NCBI GenBank assembly: GCA_963663225.1
Contig: OY760142.1
Span: 3,008,001 to 3,072,000 of the forward strand
Origin: Nitrospirota bacterium
Lineage (GTDB): Bacteria; Nitrospirota; UBA9217
DNA length: 64,000 bases
Reading direction: 5' to 3'
Shown: piece after piece, positions 18,736 through 30,368 of the stretch
How positions within the stretch are numbered: the first letter of the stretch is position 1
How the letters are laid out: each line of letters begins with the position of its first letter
Program-made: the position numbers and the translations under genes
The notes under the pieces: model-generated
Seen by the model: the letters and a program-made list of their open reading frames with translations, nothing else
Told to the model about the DNA's origin: nothing
The model's database searches: none

Positions 18736-21700
18736 TCACTTCTGTTCCATGGCTTCATGCACCTTGACGGCAAGATCATGCTTTGAAAATGGTTTTTGAA
18801 GAAATATAACATCCGCATCCAATACTCCGTGGTGCGCAATGACATTGGCCGTATACCCGGAAGTAAACAGGCATCGTAAGTCCGGAATGATTTCGATCAG
18901 TTTCCTTGCCAAATCTCGTCCGTTCATCTCCGGCATGATTACATCTGTTATCAGCAACCGTATCTCGTCGGCGTGAGCTCTCGTGTGAAGGATCGCTTCT
19001 CCCGGAGTCTTGGCACTCAACACCCTGTATCCCAGCTCTTCCAGCATCAAACGATTTACATTCAGAATCAATGTCTCATCTTCCACCAACAAAACCATCT
19101 CTCCACTGCCTTTTGGTATATCTGTCATAGCTGCATCTATCGGCTCAGGGACGCCCTCAAGGACTCTAGGCAAATAAATCTTAAATATGGAACCCTTTCC
19201 GGGCTCACTATAAACGTTTATGAATCCTTTGTTTTGCCGGACAATACCATACACTGTTGCCAATCCAAGTCCGGAACCCTTTCCACTCTCCTTTGTGGTA
19301 AAAAACGGTTCAAAGATATGATCTATGATCTTCTTGTCTATTCCACGGCCGTCATCGCTCACGGCCAGCATGACATAACCTCCCGACAGGTAACCCGAAT
19401 GAAGGGAGCAATACGTTTCATCGAAGAGAACATTCCTGGTTTCTATGGTAATTTTTCCGACTCCGGTGATGGCATCCCGGGCATTCACACAAAGATTCGC
19501 TAGTATCTGGTCAATTTGGGAGGGATCTATTTTAACCAGCCAGAGCCCCTCGCTCGGACGCCACACAAAATCAATATCCTCACCTATCAATCGTTGCAAC
19601 ATTTTAAACATGCCGGCCACTGTGTCGTTTAAATCTAACGTCTTAGGCGCTACGGTTTGCTTGCGAGCGAACGCCAAAAGTTGTCGGGTGAGTTCAGCAG
19701 AACGACGGGCAGCCTGCTCAATTGCCGCGAGGTCATTATGTATCGGATCTGAAGGCGGACATCGCATCATCGCCATTTCCGCATGCCCCAGAATTGCGGT
19801 CAACATGTTATTGAAATCATGGGCCACACCACCTGCCAGCAGGCCCACCGATTCCATTTTCTGGGCCTGGCTAAGCTGCCGCTGCAACGCTCCCCGTTCC
19901 TCCTCCGCCTGTTTGTGCAGAGTGATGTCCTCCGATATCCCCAGGAGATATTTAGGATTGCCGTCCTTGTCCATGATAGGGATTTTTTTTGTATGAAGAA
20001 TTCGCCTGCCGGTCTTCGTGTCTACAGTTTCCTCGGGCATATCAAAGAGCCGTCCTGTTTCTAATACCTTCCTGTCCTGTCTCGTAAATAAATCTGCCTG
20101 CTCCTTCGGGAAAAAATCGTAGTCATTCCTGCCAATGAGGTCATCTCGGTTATATCCCAGCAACTCTTCTCCGGCTTTATTGAATCGAACAAAATTTAAA
20201 TTTACAGCATCTTTTAAGAAAATCATGTTCGGCAGGTTTTCAATGATCGACTCCAGAAACTCTTCGCTCTCTCTCAGTGTTTCCTCGGCCCGTTTACGTT
20301 CAGTGATATCTATTCCAACCCCCAATAAATACGAAGCTTCCTGAAAAACCAGTTTATTTCCCGTCAAGAGGAATGGAATAAGCCTGCCTTCTTTCGTCAG
20401 GAGTGGCGATTCAATGATATTTTCACCTTTTTCCATCACCAACTCTACAGCTTGCCGGACAAGATCTTTCCTTTCCGGTGGATGCCAGTCGAAAATATTC
20501 CGGTTATTAATTTCTCCGGGTTCAAAATGCAAAAGTGTCTCATGGTTTTTGTTCCACCGCACCAGACGAAGTTCTGGATACGTATAAAGATAGAATATGC
20601 CCGGCAGGCTGCGCAGCAATGTCTCAGTGAGAAGCCGTTCTTCACGCACTGCGTCCAAGGCTTGTTTGTTTTCGGTTATATCGCGTGATACACCAACCAT
20701 GGAAACATACCGGCCTTTTTGATCAAGGACCGGCGTTGCGTTCGCTGCGTGCCAGTGCCATGAACCGTCAGCATGCCGGACGCGATATTCGGGGCCGGGC
20801 AACGGTACTTTCGATTGAATTATTTTCTCTATGTACCCCCAACAAACAGCGATATCATCAGGATGGACCAATGGTTGAAACGACGTGCCTATAATGGAAT
20901 CAGGTGCATATCCCGTCACGCGTTCCCATGACGGTGAAGCATAGGTGAATATACCTTCCTCGCTTAAATTCCAGATGAGATCCGAAGAGTGATTGATGAC
21001 CAATCGCAACTCAGCCTCGTTTTTTCGCAACTCATTTTCGGCCCGTTTGCGATCTGTCATATCATAGAAAAAAGCGGTAATTTGGCCGCTTCCATAGACG
21101 TTGCATTGCGCGCTTACTTCCAGATCGTACTCGGTGCCGTCTTTCCGGCGATGTCTGGTCTCGAACCGGTCACGCCCTGCGGCCATCAATCTTTGAAGGT
21201 GTTCAGTCGTCTGCGTGGAGCTTTCTATAGCTTCAACGTCAGAAATATTCATGGAGAGCAGCTCCAACGAAGTGTAGCCGCTCATTTCGCAATATGCTTC
21301 GTTGACCTGGAGAAATCGTCCTGTGAGATCGAACAAACCGATCCCATCTCTCGCAGTTTGCACAATGCTCTTATACTGCTCTTCGCTCTCCTGGATTTTT
21401 TTTCTCGATTCAATTGTCTGCAGCTGTTTAAGCCCCATCGTGCTTATTACTTCAAGAAAGCTCTTCATAAACAACAGATAACGGTTTAACTGTTCATTTG
21501 TTAATATCGGTACTTTTCGGACAGCAGTTAAATATTCTGTTTCATCATAGCCGTACTTTCTGGCCTGTTCTCTGAAAAGATCCAGATCTGGATTCTCGAG
21601 AAAAAATTGTCCTGTAAAGAAGTTACCGTAGTGCACACCGTCAATAATGATCGGCATGGCACTATCCATCAGACCATGCCGGCAGCGGTAATTCACGGCA

Positions 21701-21933
21701 GGATTGGCATCGTTGATATGCTCCAATATATATTGATCGCTTTTGGTGCACTCTTTTCTACTTTCCTCGTTCCGTCTATGAAACTTCAGGCAAATGTCCT
21801 GCCAGGCCGTAGCAGTCAATATATTGCCTTCATTGTCGACAATCGCAGTTGTGAATGAATAAATTTCACTGAGGCGATCCAGCAGAGACTGGATGTGGCT
21901 AATATCTATTAAATCCTGAAGTTTGTATGTCAT
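18736..21933 (-). CDS. Cytoplasmic hybrid sensor kinase: PocR, four PAS domains, HisKA, HATPase, REC
   Basis: PocR (C..FHR..C, Y.CRHGL.D, FTGQFF), PAS/PAC repeats, AGGVAHDFNN, FEPFFTTK, GLGLA, TDVIMP. Confidence 0.92.
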   Translation of the reverse strand: MTYKLQDLIDISHIQSLLDRLSEIYSFTTAIVDNEGNILTATAWQDICLKFHRRNEESRKECTKSDQYILEHINDANPAVNYRCRHGLMDSAMPIIIDGVHYGNFFTGQFFLENPDLDLFREQARKYGYDETEYLTAVRKVPILTNEQLNRYLLFMKSFLEVISTMGLKQLQTIESRKKIQESEEQYKSIVQTARDGIGLFDLTGRFLQVNEAYCEMSGYTSLELLSMNISDVEAIESSTQTTEHLQRLMAAGRDRFETRHRRKDGTEYDLEVSAQCNVYGSGQITAFFYDMTDRKRAENELRKNEAELRLVINHSSDLIWNLSEEGIFTYASPSWERVTGYAPDSIIGTSFQPLVHPDDIAVCWGYIEKIIQSKVPLPGPEYRVRHADGSWHWHAANATPVLDQKGRYVSMVGVSRDITENKQALDAVREERLLTETLLRSLPGIFYLYTYPELRLVRWNKNHETLLHFEPGEINNRNIFDWHPPERKDLVRQAVELVMEKGENIIESPLLTKEGRLIPFLLTGNKLVFQEASYLLGVGIDITERKRAEETLRESEEFLESIIENLPNMIFLKDAVNLNFVRFNKAGEELLGYNRDDLIGRNDYDFFPKEQADLFTRQDRKVLETGRLFDMPEETVDTKTGRRILHTKKIPIMDKDGNPKYLLGISEDITLHKQAEEERGALQRQLSQAQKMESVGLLAGGVAHDFNNMLTAILGHAEMAMMRCPPSDPIHNDLAAIEQAARRSAELTRQLLAFARKQTVAPKTLDLNDTVAGMFKMLQRLIGEDIDFVWRPSEGLWLVKIDPSQIDQILANLCVNARDAITGVGKITIETRNVLFDETYCSLHSGYLSGGYVMLAVSDDGRGIDKKIIDHIFEPFFTTKESGKGSGLGLATVYGIVRQNKGFINVYSEPGKGSIFKIYLPRVLEGVPEPIDAAMTDIPKGSGEMVLLVEDETLILNVNRLMLEELGYRVLSAKTPGEAILHTRAHADEIRLLITDVIMPEMNGRDLARKLIEIIPDLRCLFTSGYTANVIAHHGVLDADVIFLQKPFSKHDLAVKVHEAMEQK

Positions 21934-22185
21934 TATTCAGTCGCCTCCGCGTTTTCAGAACAGCAGTACCAATTTCATCCTGGCAAACCGGCAAAATATC
22001 CCATCGGTAAAATTATTATTTATCATTATTTTTCAATGATTTATGAGCACAAGCATGACCTAATTACCTTGCTGTATAAATAAAATTTATTAAATTAACA
22101 TTAATAACTATGATAGCAAAAAAACCGTTTTTTATTTGCGGGAACCTTACGATCTGATATAGTAAAAGGAACAAAAAGGCGTGCA

Positions 22186-22602
22186 ATGAAGATATCTGTT
22201 CCGTTTGCATCATATGATGAACAAAGATACGGCAAACCGTGGGTCGCGGTGATTACCGCCTGGCCGCATGACAGTGATGCCGCGCTCAGATGGGGCGTTT
22301 ATTCCGGCAGTAACAAAGGTGGAGAGGCAGTCGTTGAGGCCTCAGCAGGCGATATAATCCGCTGGGGACAAAAAATCCTTATCGGCAAGCGTATGCAAAC
22401 GCAATCCCATTGGGGCATCGTGGAAGAGGACGGCAGCATAACCGAGTGCACTGCCGGGGATGCAAAGCAGGTATGGGAAAAGCAGTCTGCAACACGGGCA
22501 AAAGACAGCCCGATTGCAGCTGTTCTAGCGGCTATCAGCGATGAGGATTTGATCCTGGAGATTCGGAGACGGGGTCTTCGGACTTACATTAAAAATGAAT
22601 GA
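22186..22602 (+). CDS. Hypothetical protein, possibly phage-derived
   Basis: 138-aa ORF preceded by TGA-TATAGT (extended -10) and AAAGG; Y..RYGKPW.A...W.....GDIIRWGQK pattern. Confidence 0.65.
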   Translation: MKISVPFASYDEQRYGKPWVAVITAWPHDSDAALRWGVYSGSNKGGEAVVEASAGDIIRWGQKILIGKRMQTQSHWGIVEEDGSITECTAGDAKQVWEKQSATRAKDSPIAAVLAAISDEDLILEIRRRGLRTYIKNE

Positions 22603-22603
22603 A

Positions 22604-23566
22604 TTAATTCCTGGCCACTTTCCCGATGATGTCCTTGATGTCCCTGATGCCTTGTTCGATCATCAAGGACTCCATGCCTGAGAGCACATCAAGCGTTGCA
22701 CGGGGATTTACAAAATTGGCCGTCCCGACAGCCACGGCTGACGCTCCCGCAAGAATGAATTCAAGGGCGTCCTCACCCGTTGCAATCCCTCCCATGCCGA
22801 GAATCGGCAGGTGAACAGACTTCGCCACCTGCCACACCATGCGCACGGCCACGGGCTTTATCGCCGGTCCGGACAGACCTCCGGTGCAGTTTGCAAGTCG
22901 GGGCCTCATGCAGCGCACATCAATCGCCATGCCGATGAGCGTATTGATAAGAGACAGGCCGTCACAGCCCGCGTCGCGAGCGGTTCTCGCGAATTCAGTA
23001 ATATCGGTCACGTTCGGCGAGAGCTTCGCGATTATCGGCAGTTTTGTCGCCTTGCGCACCGCCGCCAGCAGTTCGAAGGCCGCTTTCTGGTTCGTGCCGA
23101 ACACAATCCCGCCGGCTTTCACGTTCGGGCAGGAAATATTCACTTCAAGCCCTGCAACACCGGGAACGCCGTCAAGTTTCTCAGCGACCTGCACATACTC
23201 TTCGCAACTGTATCCGAAGATATTGACGATCACCGCAGTGTCGAACTGCCGAAGGTACGGCAATTTCTCGTTCAGAAAAACATCAACGCCCGGATTTTCG
23301 AGCCCGATGGCATTCAGCATGCCTGAGGGGGTTTCCCATATACGCGGCGGAGGATTTCCTTTGATGGGGTTGATTGATATACCCTTGACGATAACTCCAC
23401 CCAGCTTATTCAGGTCGACGAATTCCGCATACTCTTCACCGTAGCCGAATGTCCCGGATGCTGTCAGAATGGGGTTTTTCAGCTTGATTCCGGCAATACT
23501 GACGGAAAGGTCCGGGGTGTGGTTTTTTGATTTCGGACCGCAGGTCCTGTCTTTTTCAGTCTTCAT
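22604..23566 (-). CDS. pyrD: Dihydroorotate dehydrogenase family 1B catalytic subunit
   Basis: NPILTASGTFG, NAIGLENPG, EVNISCPN, KLSPN, GGLSGPAIKP. Start set at ATG 23566. Confidence 0.95.
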   Translation of the reverse strand: MKTEKDRTCGPKSKNHTPDLSVSIAGIKLKNPILTASGTFGYGEEYAEFVDLNKLGGVIVKGISINPIKGNPPPRIWETPSGMLNAIGLENPGVDVFLNEKLPYLRQFDTAVIVNIFGYSCEEYVQVAEKLDGVPGVAGLEVNISCPNVKAGGIVFGTNQKAAFELLAAVRKATKLPIIAKLSPNVTDITEFARTARDAGCDGLSLINTLIGMAIDVRCMRPRLANCTGGLSGPAIKPVAVRMVWQVAKSVHLPILGMGGIATGEDALEFILAGASAVAVGTANFVNPRATLDVLSGMESLMIEQGIRDIKDIIGKVARN

Positions 23567-24443
23567 TCCGCGCTCCGGTCTTGGGGCAGCATTCCAAATC
23601 GGCTGAACAGCATGACTCCTGACTGTCGCCGGCAATGGGAAATCTTGCCTGTCCTCCCCATTCTACATCCCGCGAGTCGAATACCGGCCCCTCTTTGCAC
23701 GCCCGCTTGTATCCGCCCGTCTTCATCGGAATAGAACATCCCATGCACGCGCCGAGGCCGCACCCCATGCGCTCTTCCATCGAAACATAGCATGAGAGAG
23801 AATGTTCCGCGGCCATTTTGCTTACAGCAGCAAGCATGGCATGCGGACCGCAGGCATAAATCACCAGGTGAGCTTTCTTCTCGGTTCTCGTCAAAAATCT
23901 GTTCAGAATATCGGTGGTCATCCCCTTTACGCCCATGCTGCCGTCTTCCGTGGCTATGTGCACCGTGGAGCAGCATTCGCGGAAACGGTTCAAGACTCTT
24001 GAGGGGGGCAGACAGTCCTTGTATCGGGAGCCGACAAACAAATGCACAGCGCCCTTTACCCGCTGAGACAGAAACTGGAGCGGAGGAAAACCGCTGCCGC
24101 CCGCCACCAGCACCGCGGTTTCCTCTTTTTTCGGCAGAGCAAAACCATTGCCGAGCGGCCCGAGAAACTGGAGCGTGCGCCCCGCCTCCATTCGCGTAAG
24201 AAGCGCGGTCCCCCTGCCCGCGATCCGGTACAGGATTTCAATGGTCGAGCGGGACGGAACGGATGCGATGCCGAACGGGCGTGCCAGCAGCGGGTCCAGA
24301 TTTTCCGACACTCTGAGCATAACAAAGTGTCCGGGGCGCGCCGTTGCTGCCGCCGCAGGGGCTTTCAGGATCAGCCGGTAATAACCTCTGCCAGCGGATT
24401 CGTGTGTAAGGACAATCCCCGTGTGCAGTCTAGAGGGCCTCAA
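23556..24443 (-). CDS. pyrK: Dihydroorotate dehydrogenase electron-transfer subunit
   Basis: RPFGI, GPLGNGF, ACGP, EERMGCGLGACMGC...CKEGPVF. Confidence 0.93.
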   Translation of the reverse strand: MRPSRLHTGIVLTHESAGRGYYRLILKAPAAAATARPGHFVMLRVSENLDPLLARPFGIASVPSRSTIEILYRIAGRGTALLTRMEAGRTLQFLGPLGNGFALPKKEETAVLVAGGSGFPPLQFLSQRVKGAVHLFVGSRYKDCLPPSRVLNRFRECCSTVHIATEDGSMGVKGMTTDILNRFLTRTEKKAHLVIYACGPHAMLAAVSKMAAEHSLSCYVSMEERMGCGLGACMGCSIPMKTGGYKRACKEGPVFDSRDVEWGGQARFPIAGDSQESCCSADLECCPKTGARNED

Positions 24444-24912
24444 TCTGGATCTCCTGGATTTCGTATTCGACGGTTTTGACGGGTGTTTTGATGGTCACAA
24501 CATCGCCGACCTTGTGACTGATCAAGGCCTTTCCCACAGGCGACTGCACTGAAATTCTCCCTTTTTTAAGGTCTGCCTCTTCCTGTCCCACGAGAGTATA
24601 CTTTCTGATATCGCCTGACTCCGTGTCGGCCAGGACTACCGTGGAACCGAACACTACTTTTTCATTTGAGAGCTTGGACACGTCGATAATCTGCGCATGG
24701 GCCAGTTTATGTTCCAGCTCGCGTTTTTTTGCGTCGAGGTGCCCCTGACGTTCTTTTGCGGCATGATATTCCGCGTTCTCCGATAAATCGCCGTGGGCAC
24801 GCGCTTCTTCGATGTCCCGAATATTTTTGGGACGCTCCACCTTGATAATGTGGTCGAGCTCCGCCTTCAGCTTTGCATAACCTTCTTTGGTCATAGGTAT
24901 TTTCTGCGTCAT
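24430..24912 (-). CDS. greA: Transcription elongation factor GreA
   Basis: [31 protein letters not shown]. Confidence 0.97.
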   Translation of the reverse strand: MTQKIPMTKEGYAKLKAELDHIIKVERPKNIRDIEEARAHGDLSENAEYHAAKERQGHLDAKKRELEHKLAHAQIIDVSKLSNEKVVFGSTVVLADTESGDIRKYTLVGQEEADLKKGRISVQSPVGKALISHKVGDVVTIKTPVKTVEYEIQEIQIEAL

Positions 24913-27900
24913 GATGTATGATACTCCTGAATGGACTTTACCTGCAGGTGGTTCTTTTTGATTGCCGCAATGCCGCGCACCGCAGCCTTGGCCGCTGAAA
25001 GCGTTGTAAAATAGGGAATCCCTTTCATAAGCGTCGTGCGCCGGATCGAGTAGGAATCCTTTTGCGATTGGGCTCCATACACGGTATTGATCACAAAATC
25101 CACCTGCATGTCCGTGATCTGGTCCACGATGTGCGGCCTGCCTTCGGTCACCTTGTTGACGGTTTCCACGGTGATTCCCTGCCGTTTCAAAAAATCCGCG
25201 GTGCCCCTTGTCGCAACCAGTGAAAATCCCATTTGTTCGAGCCCCTTCGCCACCTCAAGCAGGCCGGATTTGTCTTTGTCCTTAACGCTCAGAAACACGC
25301 GGCCAGACTCCGGCATGGGATTGCCCGCTGCAATCTGTGATTTTGCAAACGACATTCCGAAATCCGTGTCGATTCCCATCACTTCACCGGTGGATTTCAT
25401 TTCCGGTCCGAGGAGTGTGTCCACGCCGGGAAATTTGGCGAAGGGGAAAACCGCTTCCTTCACCGCAATATGCTTGATCTCTTTTTCCTTCGTAAACCCG
25501 AGTTCCGCGAGTGTTCTTCCGCCCATCACTTTGGCGGCAAGTTTGGCAAGCGGCACGCCGATGGCCTTGCTTACGAAGGGAACTGTTCGGGAAGCGCGGG
25601 GATTGACCTCAAGAATATAGATCCGTCCTTCTTTCACGGCGAACTGGATGTTCATTAAACCGACCACTCCCAGCTCAAGCGCGAGCGCCTTTGCCTGCCG
25701 GCTGATTTCTTTCACAATATCCTGGGGAAGCGAAAAAGGAGGCAGTGAACACGCGGAATCTCCGGAGTGGACTCCCGCCTCTTCAATGTGCTCCATGATT
25801 CCCGCGACCACCACCGTTTTCCCGTCGGAGATAGCATCGACGTCGATTTCCACTGCGTCTTCCAGATACTTGTCAACGAGCACCGGCCGCTCCGGAGAGG
25901 CCTTCACGGCGCGGGACATGTAATCACGCACGCTTTCCTCGTCATAAACGATTTCCATGGCCCTGCCGCCGAGCACGTACGACGGACGGACCATTACCGG
26001 ATATCCGATGCGGTTCGCTATCGCCACGGCTTCATCCCGGGAAACCGCCGTGCCGCTCTCCGGCTGAAGAAGGTTTAATTTGTCCAGAAGCTCTTTAAAG
26101 CGCTTCCTGTCTTCAGCGCGGTCTATGCTGTCAGGCGAGGTACCGAGGATGCGGACCCCTTCTTTTTCGAGAGGTACGGCGAGTTTGAGCGGGGTCTGGC
26201 CTCCAAACTGCACGATCACGCCTTCCGGTTTCTCCCGATGTATGATATGCAAAACATCTTCGAGTGTCAAGGGTTCGAAATACAACCGGTCGGACGTATC
26301 ATAGTCCGTACTCACGGTCTCCGGATTGCAATTTACCATGATGGCCTCGTAGCCGTCGTCTTTAAGCGCGAAGGCTGCATGAACGCAGCAATAATCGAAT
26401 TCAATGCCCTGACCAATCCTGTTCGGCCCGCCGCCGAGGATCACGATCTTTTTGCGGTCCGTGGGTTTCGCTTCACTTTCCGCTTGTGCGTCCGCAGCGC
26501 CCGGCTCCTGATTGCCGAGTCTATAAAAAGGTTTTTCGTAGGTGGAATATAAATATGGTGTGTGCGCCTCAAACTCCGCTGCGCAGGTGTCTACGGTTTT
26601 AAATACCGGGATGATGCCGAGTTCCACGCGCTTTTTGCGAATTGTTTCTTCTGTCGTCCCGAGTAAAGCGGCAAGCCTGCGGTCTGAGAACCCGAATTCT
26701 TTTGCCTGCCTGAGCGGATGGTTGAAAACAGAAGCAATGCTGCTCAGAAGGGACGTTCCCTGATCGCGGATTTCTTTTTCCCGGTCGACAATCTGTTTGA
26801 TCTGGTGCAGGAACCAGAGGTCTATTTTGGAAAGCTCGAACACTTCGTCCACACCCATCCCGATCCGAAACGCATCCGCGATATACCATATTCGCTCCCA
26901 GTTCGGAACGCTTATCTTCTGCCGGACATCCGCCACCCCATGCTCTTTTTCTCCATGGCGTTCTCGGTGGGACTCCAACCCATAGCGGTCAATTTCCATG
27001 GATCGGAGCGCTTTCTGAAGCGCCTCCTTGAATGTCCTGCCGATGGACATGGCCTCACCCACGGATTTCATCTGGGTGTTGAGTGTGGCGTCCGCCTGCG
27101 GGAATTTTTCGAAGGCAAAACGGGGGAATTTGACGACCACGTAATCGATAGTCGGTTCAAAAGACGCCGGTGTGGCCTTGGTGATGTCGTTTGTAATCTC
27201 ATCGAGGGAGTATCCGACGGCAAGTTTTGCCGCTATTTTTGCGATGGCAAAACCTGTCGCCTTGGAGGCGAGCGCCGAACTTCGCGACACCCGCGGGTTC
27301 ATTTCAATAATGACCAGCCTGCCGTTATCCGGATTGATGCCAAATTGAATGTTCGACCCCCCGGTGTCCACGCCGATTTCCCGTATGATGCGCAGCGAAG
27401 CGTCGCGCATGATCTGATATTCCTTGTCGGTCAGCGTCTGGGCAGGAGCCACGGTGATGCTGTCGCCCGTGTGGACACCCATGGGGTCCAGGTTTTCGAT
27501 GGAACAGACGATGACCACGTTGTCATGCATGTCCCGCATCACTTCGAGCTCGAATTCCTTCCACCCGACAACGGACTCTTCGATCAGCACCTGGTGCACC
27601 GGGCTGGCTTCAAGGCCCCGGGTAATCAGATCGTTGAATTCTTCCCGGTTGTACGCGATACCGCCGCCCGTTCCTCCAAGCGTGAAAGCAGGACGAAGAA
27701 TCGCCGGAAAACCGATCTGTTCGAGAATCTCATTGGCTTGTTTCATGTTCGTTGCGAAACCGCTCTTGGGCACCTCAAGACCTATCTTCTGCATCGCGTT
27801 CTTGAACAGCTCGCGGTCTTCCGCTTTTTTTATCGCGGGAAGCTTGGCGCCGATCAGTTCGACATTGAACTCCTCCAGCACTCCCATTTCAGCAAGCTTT

Positions 27901-28199
27901 ACCGCCGTATTAAGCGCGGTCTGGCCTCCCATGGTCGGAAGCAGCGCGTCCGGGCGTTCCCGTTCAATGATTGTGGCCACCACGTCAGGCGTAATCGGCT
28001 CAATATAGGTCCGGTGCGCCATCTCCGGGTCGGTCATGATCGTGGCGGGGTTCGAGTTGATCAGCACGATTTCATACCCTTCCTCGCGAAGCGCCTTGCA
28101 CGCCTGCACGCCCGAATAGTCGAATTCGCAGGCTTGCCCGATCACAATCGGGCCCGATCCGATGATCAGTATTTTCTTTATGTCTGTTCGTTTCGGCAT
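24909..28199 (-). CDS. carB: Carbamoyl-phosphate synthase large subunit
   Basis: [30 protein letters not shown], duplicated ATP-grasp halves, MGS domain. Confidence 0.99.
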   Translation of the reverse strand: MPKRTDIKKILIIGSGPIVIGQACEFDYSGVQACKALREEGYEIVLINSNPATIMTDPEMAHRTYIEPITPDVVATIIERERPDALLPTMGGQTALNTAVKLAEMGVLEEFNVELIGAKLPAIKKAEDRELFKNAMQKIGLEVPKSGFATNMKQANEILEQIGFPAILRPAFTLGGTGGGIAYNREEFNDLITRGLEASPVHQVLIEESVVGWKEFELEVMRDMHDNVVIVCSIENLDPMGVHTGDSITVAPAQTLTDKEYQIMRDASLRIIREIGVDTGGSNIQFGINPDNGRLVIIEMNPRVSRSSALASKATGFAIAKIAAKLAVGYSLDEITNDITKATPASFEPTIDYVVVKFPRFAFEKFPQADATLNTQMKSVGEAMSIGRTFKEALQKALRSMEIDRYGLESHRERHGEKEHGVADVRQKISVPNWERIWYIADAFRIGMGVDEVFELSKIDLWFLHQIKQIVDREKEIRDQGTSLLSSIASVFNHPLRQAKEFGFSDRRLAALLGTTEETIRKKRVELGIIPVFKTVDTCAAEFEAHTPYLYSTYEKPFYRLGNQEPGAADAQAESEAKPTDRKKIVILGGGPNRIGQGIEFDYCCVHAAFALKDDGYEAIMVNCNPETVSTDYDTSDRLYFEPLTLEDVLHIIHREKPEGVIVQFGGQTPLKLAVPLEKEGVRILGTSPDSIDRAEDRKRFKELLDKLNLLQPESGTAVSRDEAVAIANRIGYPVMVRPSYVLGGRAMEIVYDEESVRDYMSRAVKASPERPVLVDKYLEDAVEIDVDAISDGKTVVVAGIMEHIEEAGVHSGDSACSLPPFSLPQDIVKEISRQAKALALELGVVGLMNIQFAVKEGRIYILEVNPRASRTVPFVSKAIGVPLAKLAAKVMGGRTLAELGFTKEKEIKHIAVKEAVFPFAKFPGVDTLLGPEMKSTGEVMGIDTDFGMSFAKSQIAAGNPMPESGRVFLSVKDKDKSGLLEVAKGLEQMGFSLVATRGTADFLKRQGITVETVNKVTEGRPHIVDQITDMQVDFVINTVYGAQSQKDSYSIRRTTLMKGIPYFTTLSAAKAAVRGIAAIKKNHLQVKSIQEYHTS

Positions 28200-28228
28200 T
28201 TATCGTTTCCCTACCTTACATTTTTCAT

Positions 28229-29158
28229 TCACGCATCATGTTCCTGCACCCATCCGTTTTCCAAACCATACCGCTGCATGATCTCATAGGCTTCATCATG
28301 CTCCGCCGCTGTAATTCTGCGCGACAACTCTTGCATTGTATGCGCCTTGTACGCCGGGAAATACTGGGACATGAGGCTGATATATACATCCTTCGATATT
28401 TCCTCGGCAAGAAATTTCATGACCGGTTCCGTCCCGGACCCCCCATCGGGAAGAACAAGATGCCGGACAATGAGGCCCCGTTTTGCGATTCCCTGCTCAT
28501 CCACCACCAGGTTGCCGACCTGGCGAAACATCTCCCTGATTGCCGCCCGGTTTATCTCCGGATAATCCGCCACACCGGAATACCGCGCTGAAACGGCACC
28601 ATCCGAGTACCGCATGTCCGGAAGATAGATGTCCACGATGCCGTCAAGCAGATGAAGCGCCTCCAGCGACTCATAGCCGTTCGTATTATAGACTATCGGC
28701 AAGTCAAACCCCTGACTTCGGGCAATGCCGAGCGATTTCAGAATCTGCGGCATATAATGCGACGGCGTTACCAGGTTTACGTTATGGCAGCCTTTTTCCT
28801 GCAACCAGAGCATCTGGCCGGCGAGCTCTTCCGGATTTTTTTCTACACCATTGCCCATCTGGCTGATTGGATAATTCTGGCAATACACGCAGCGGAGATT
28901 ACAGTTCGCTAGAAAAATCGTGCCGGAACCCCGGAAACCGGAAATCGGCGGCTCCTCGCCGTGGTGTGCGTTCACACTCGACACCAGCGGATTCAGGCCC
29001 GACCTGCAGAAGCCCGACTTGTCGTTCTTCAGTCGGTCGACTCCGCATGTGCGCGGACAGACTCGACAACCCTGTAGCAGACTATAAGCGGCTTCAATCC
29101 GCTTTTGTAATTCGGCATCGGAAATCATCACAAGAAACTGGTTTGCAGTCCTTTTCAA
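28229..29158 (-). CDS. PflX-like radical SAM protein
   Basis: CRVCPRTC..DR..G.C, HHGEEPPISG..GSGTIF, CNLRCVYCQN, RHLVLP, MSQYFP. Confidence 0.85.
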   Translation of the reverse strand: MKRTANQFLVMISDAELQKRIEAAYSLLQGCRVCPRTCGVDRLKNDKSGFCRSGLNPLVSSVNAHHGEEPPISGFRGSGTIFLANCNLRCVYCQNYPISQMGNGVEKNPEELAGQMLWLQEKGCHNVNLVTPSHYMPQILKSLGIARSQGFDLPIVYNTNGYESLEALHLLDGIVDIYLPDMRYSDGAVSARYSGVADYPEINRAAIREMFRQVGNLVVDEQGIAKRGLIVRHLVLPDGGSGTEPVMKFLAEEISKDVYISLMSQYFPAYKAHTMQELSRRITAAEHDEAYEIMQRYGLENGWVQEHDA

Positions 29159-29190
29159 CCTTGCTCTATCGAATTCTGAAACAGTGTACT

Positions 29191-30318
29191 TCAGCGTTTC
29201 TCTCTATGCTTTTCCATCATATCGGTAAATCGCTTGAACAGATATCTGCTGTCGTGCGGTCCCGGTGACGCTTCGGGATGATACTGGACCGAAAAGGCGG
29301 GCAGCGTCTTGTGCTGAAAACCTTCGCAGGTTTTGTCATTGAGGTTCATATGCGTCATCACAACCTGGTCTTTCACCGTGTCCATGTCCACGGCAAAACC
29401 GTGGTTCTCCGCGGCAATCTCTACTTTACGCGTCGTCAGATCCATAATCGGCTGGTTGCCACCGTGGTGGCCGAATTTGAGCTTGTACGTTTTGCCGCCG
29501 AGTGCAAGACCCAGCAGTTGCTGGCCCAGACAAATGCCGAAAATGGGTTTTTTGCCGAGCAGTTTTCTGATATTTTCGATTGCATAGGTCACCGGTTCCG
29601 GGTCACCGGGTCCGTTGGAAAGAAAAATTCCGTCCGGTCTCATGGCAAGCACGTCCTCAGCTGACATCGTAGCCGGAACAATGGTCACATCGCACCCTGC
29701 GCCGGTGAGCAACCGGAGAATATTGCGTTTGATGCCGTAGTCATAGGCAACAACCTTATATCGGGCAGCAGGTTTTTTCGCATATCCCTTGCCCAGGTTC
29801 CAATCCCCTTCCTCCCAGGTGTATGGCTCTTTGCAGGTAACGTCCTTGGCCAGATCAAGTCCGCTCATTTTGGGAAGCGCTTTTGCTTTTGCCACAAGGC
29901 TTTCAGGGTTCAGATCGCGCGTGGAAATCACCCCCGGCTGCGCCCCGAAGTCGCGAAGATGGCGGGTGAGCGCCCGCGTGTCAATGCCTTGAATGCCGAC
30001 GATGCCGTTTTCCTCAAGATAGGCCTGAAGGGACTTGTTCATCCGCCAGCTGCTCGGAAAATCAAGGTGTTCCTTCGCGATAAAACCCTCCACGTACGGC
30101 TTGATTGACTCAACATCTTCACTGTTCACGCCGTAGTTTCCCATCTGCGTATACGTCATCGTGACGATCTGACCTTTATACGAGGGATCGGTCAGAATTT
30201 CCTGATACCCGATCATGCTCGTGTTGAAGACCACTTCCCCGGATGTTTCGCCTTCAGCACCGAACGAACATCCTTCAAATATCAAACCATCAGCCAATGC
30301 AAGGAGAGCTCTTTTCAT
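29191..30318 (-). CDS. carA: Carbamoyl-phosphate synthase small subunit
   Basis: [32 protein letters not shown]. Confidence 0.98.
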   Translation of the reverse strand: MKRALLALADGLIFEGCSFGAEGETSGEVVFNTSMIGYQEILTDPSYKGQIVTMTYTQMGNYGVNSEDVESIKPYVEGFIAKEHLDFPSSWRMNKSLQAYLEENGIVGIQGIDTRALTRHLRDFGAQPGVISTRDLNPESLVAKAKALPKMSGLDLAKDVTCKEPYTWEEGDWNLGKGYAKKPAARYKVVAYDYGIKRNILRLLTGAGCDVTIVPATMSAEDVLAMRPDGIFLSNGPGDPEPVTYAIENIRKLLGKKPIFGICLGQQLLGLALGGKTYKLKFGHHGGNQPIMDLTTRKVEIAAENHGFAVDMDTVKDQVVMTHMNLNDKTCEGFQHKTLPAFSVQYHPEASPGPHDSRYLFKRFTDMMEKHREKR

Positions 30319-30368
30319 ATTTTATTTTCCTTTAATCCGCATTTCAAAATCAGAAAACCGAACTTCGA

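Noticed and set aside
26718-28289. 523-aa plus-strand ORF, and similar long ORFs at 39592-40629, 46441-47631 and 10421-11179
   Set aside because: Antisense shadows of carB, the hyfF-like gene, glnE and echA, explained by codon bias; no recognisable motifs.
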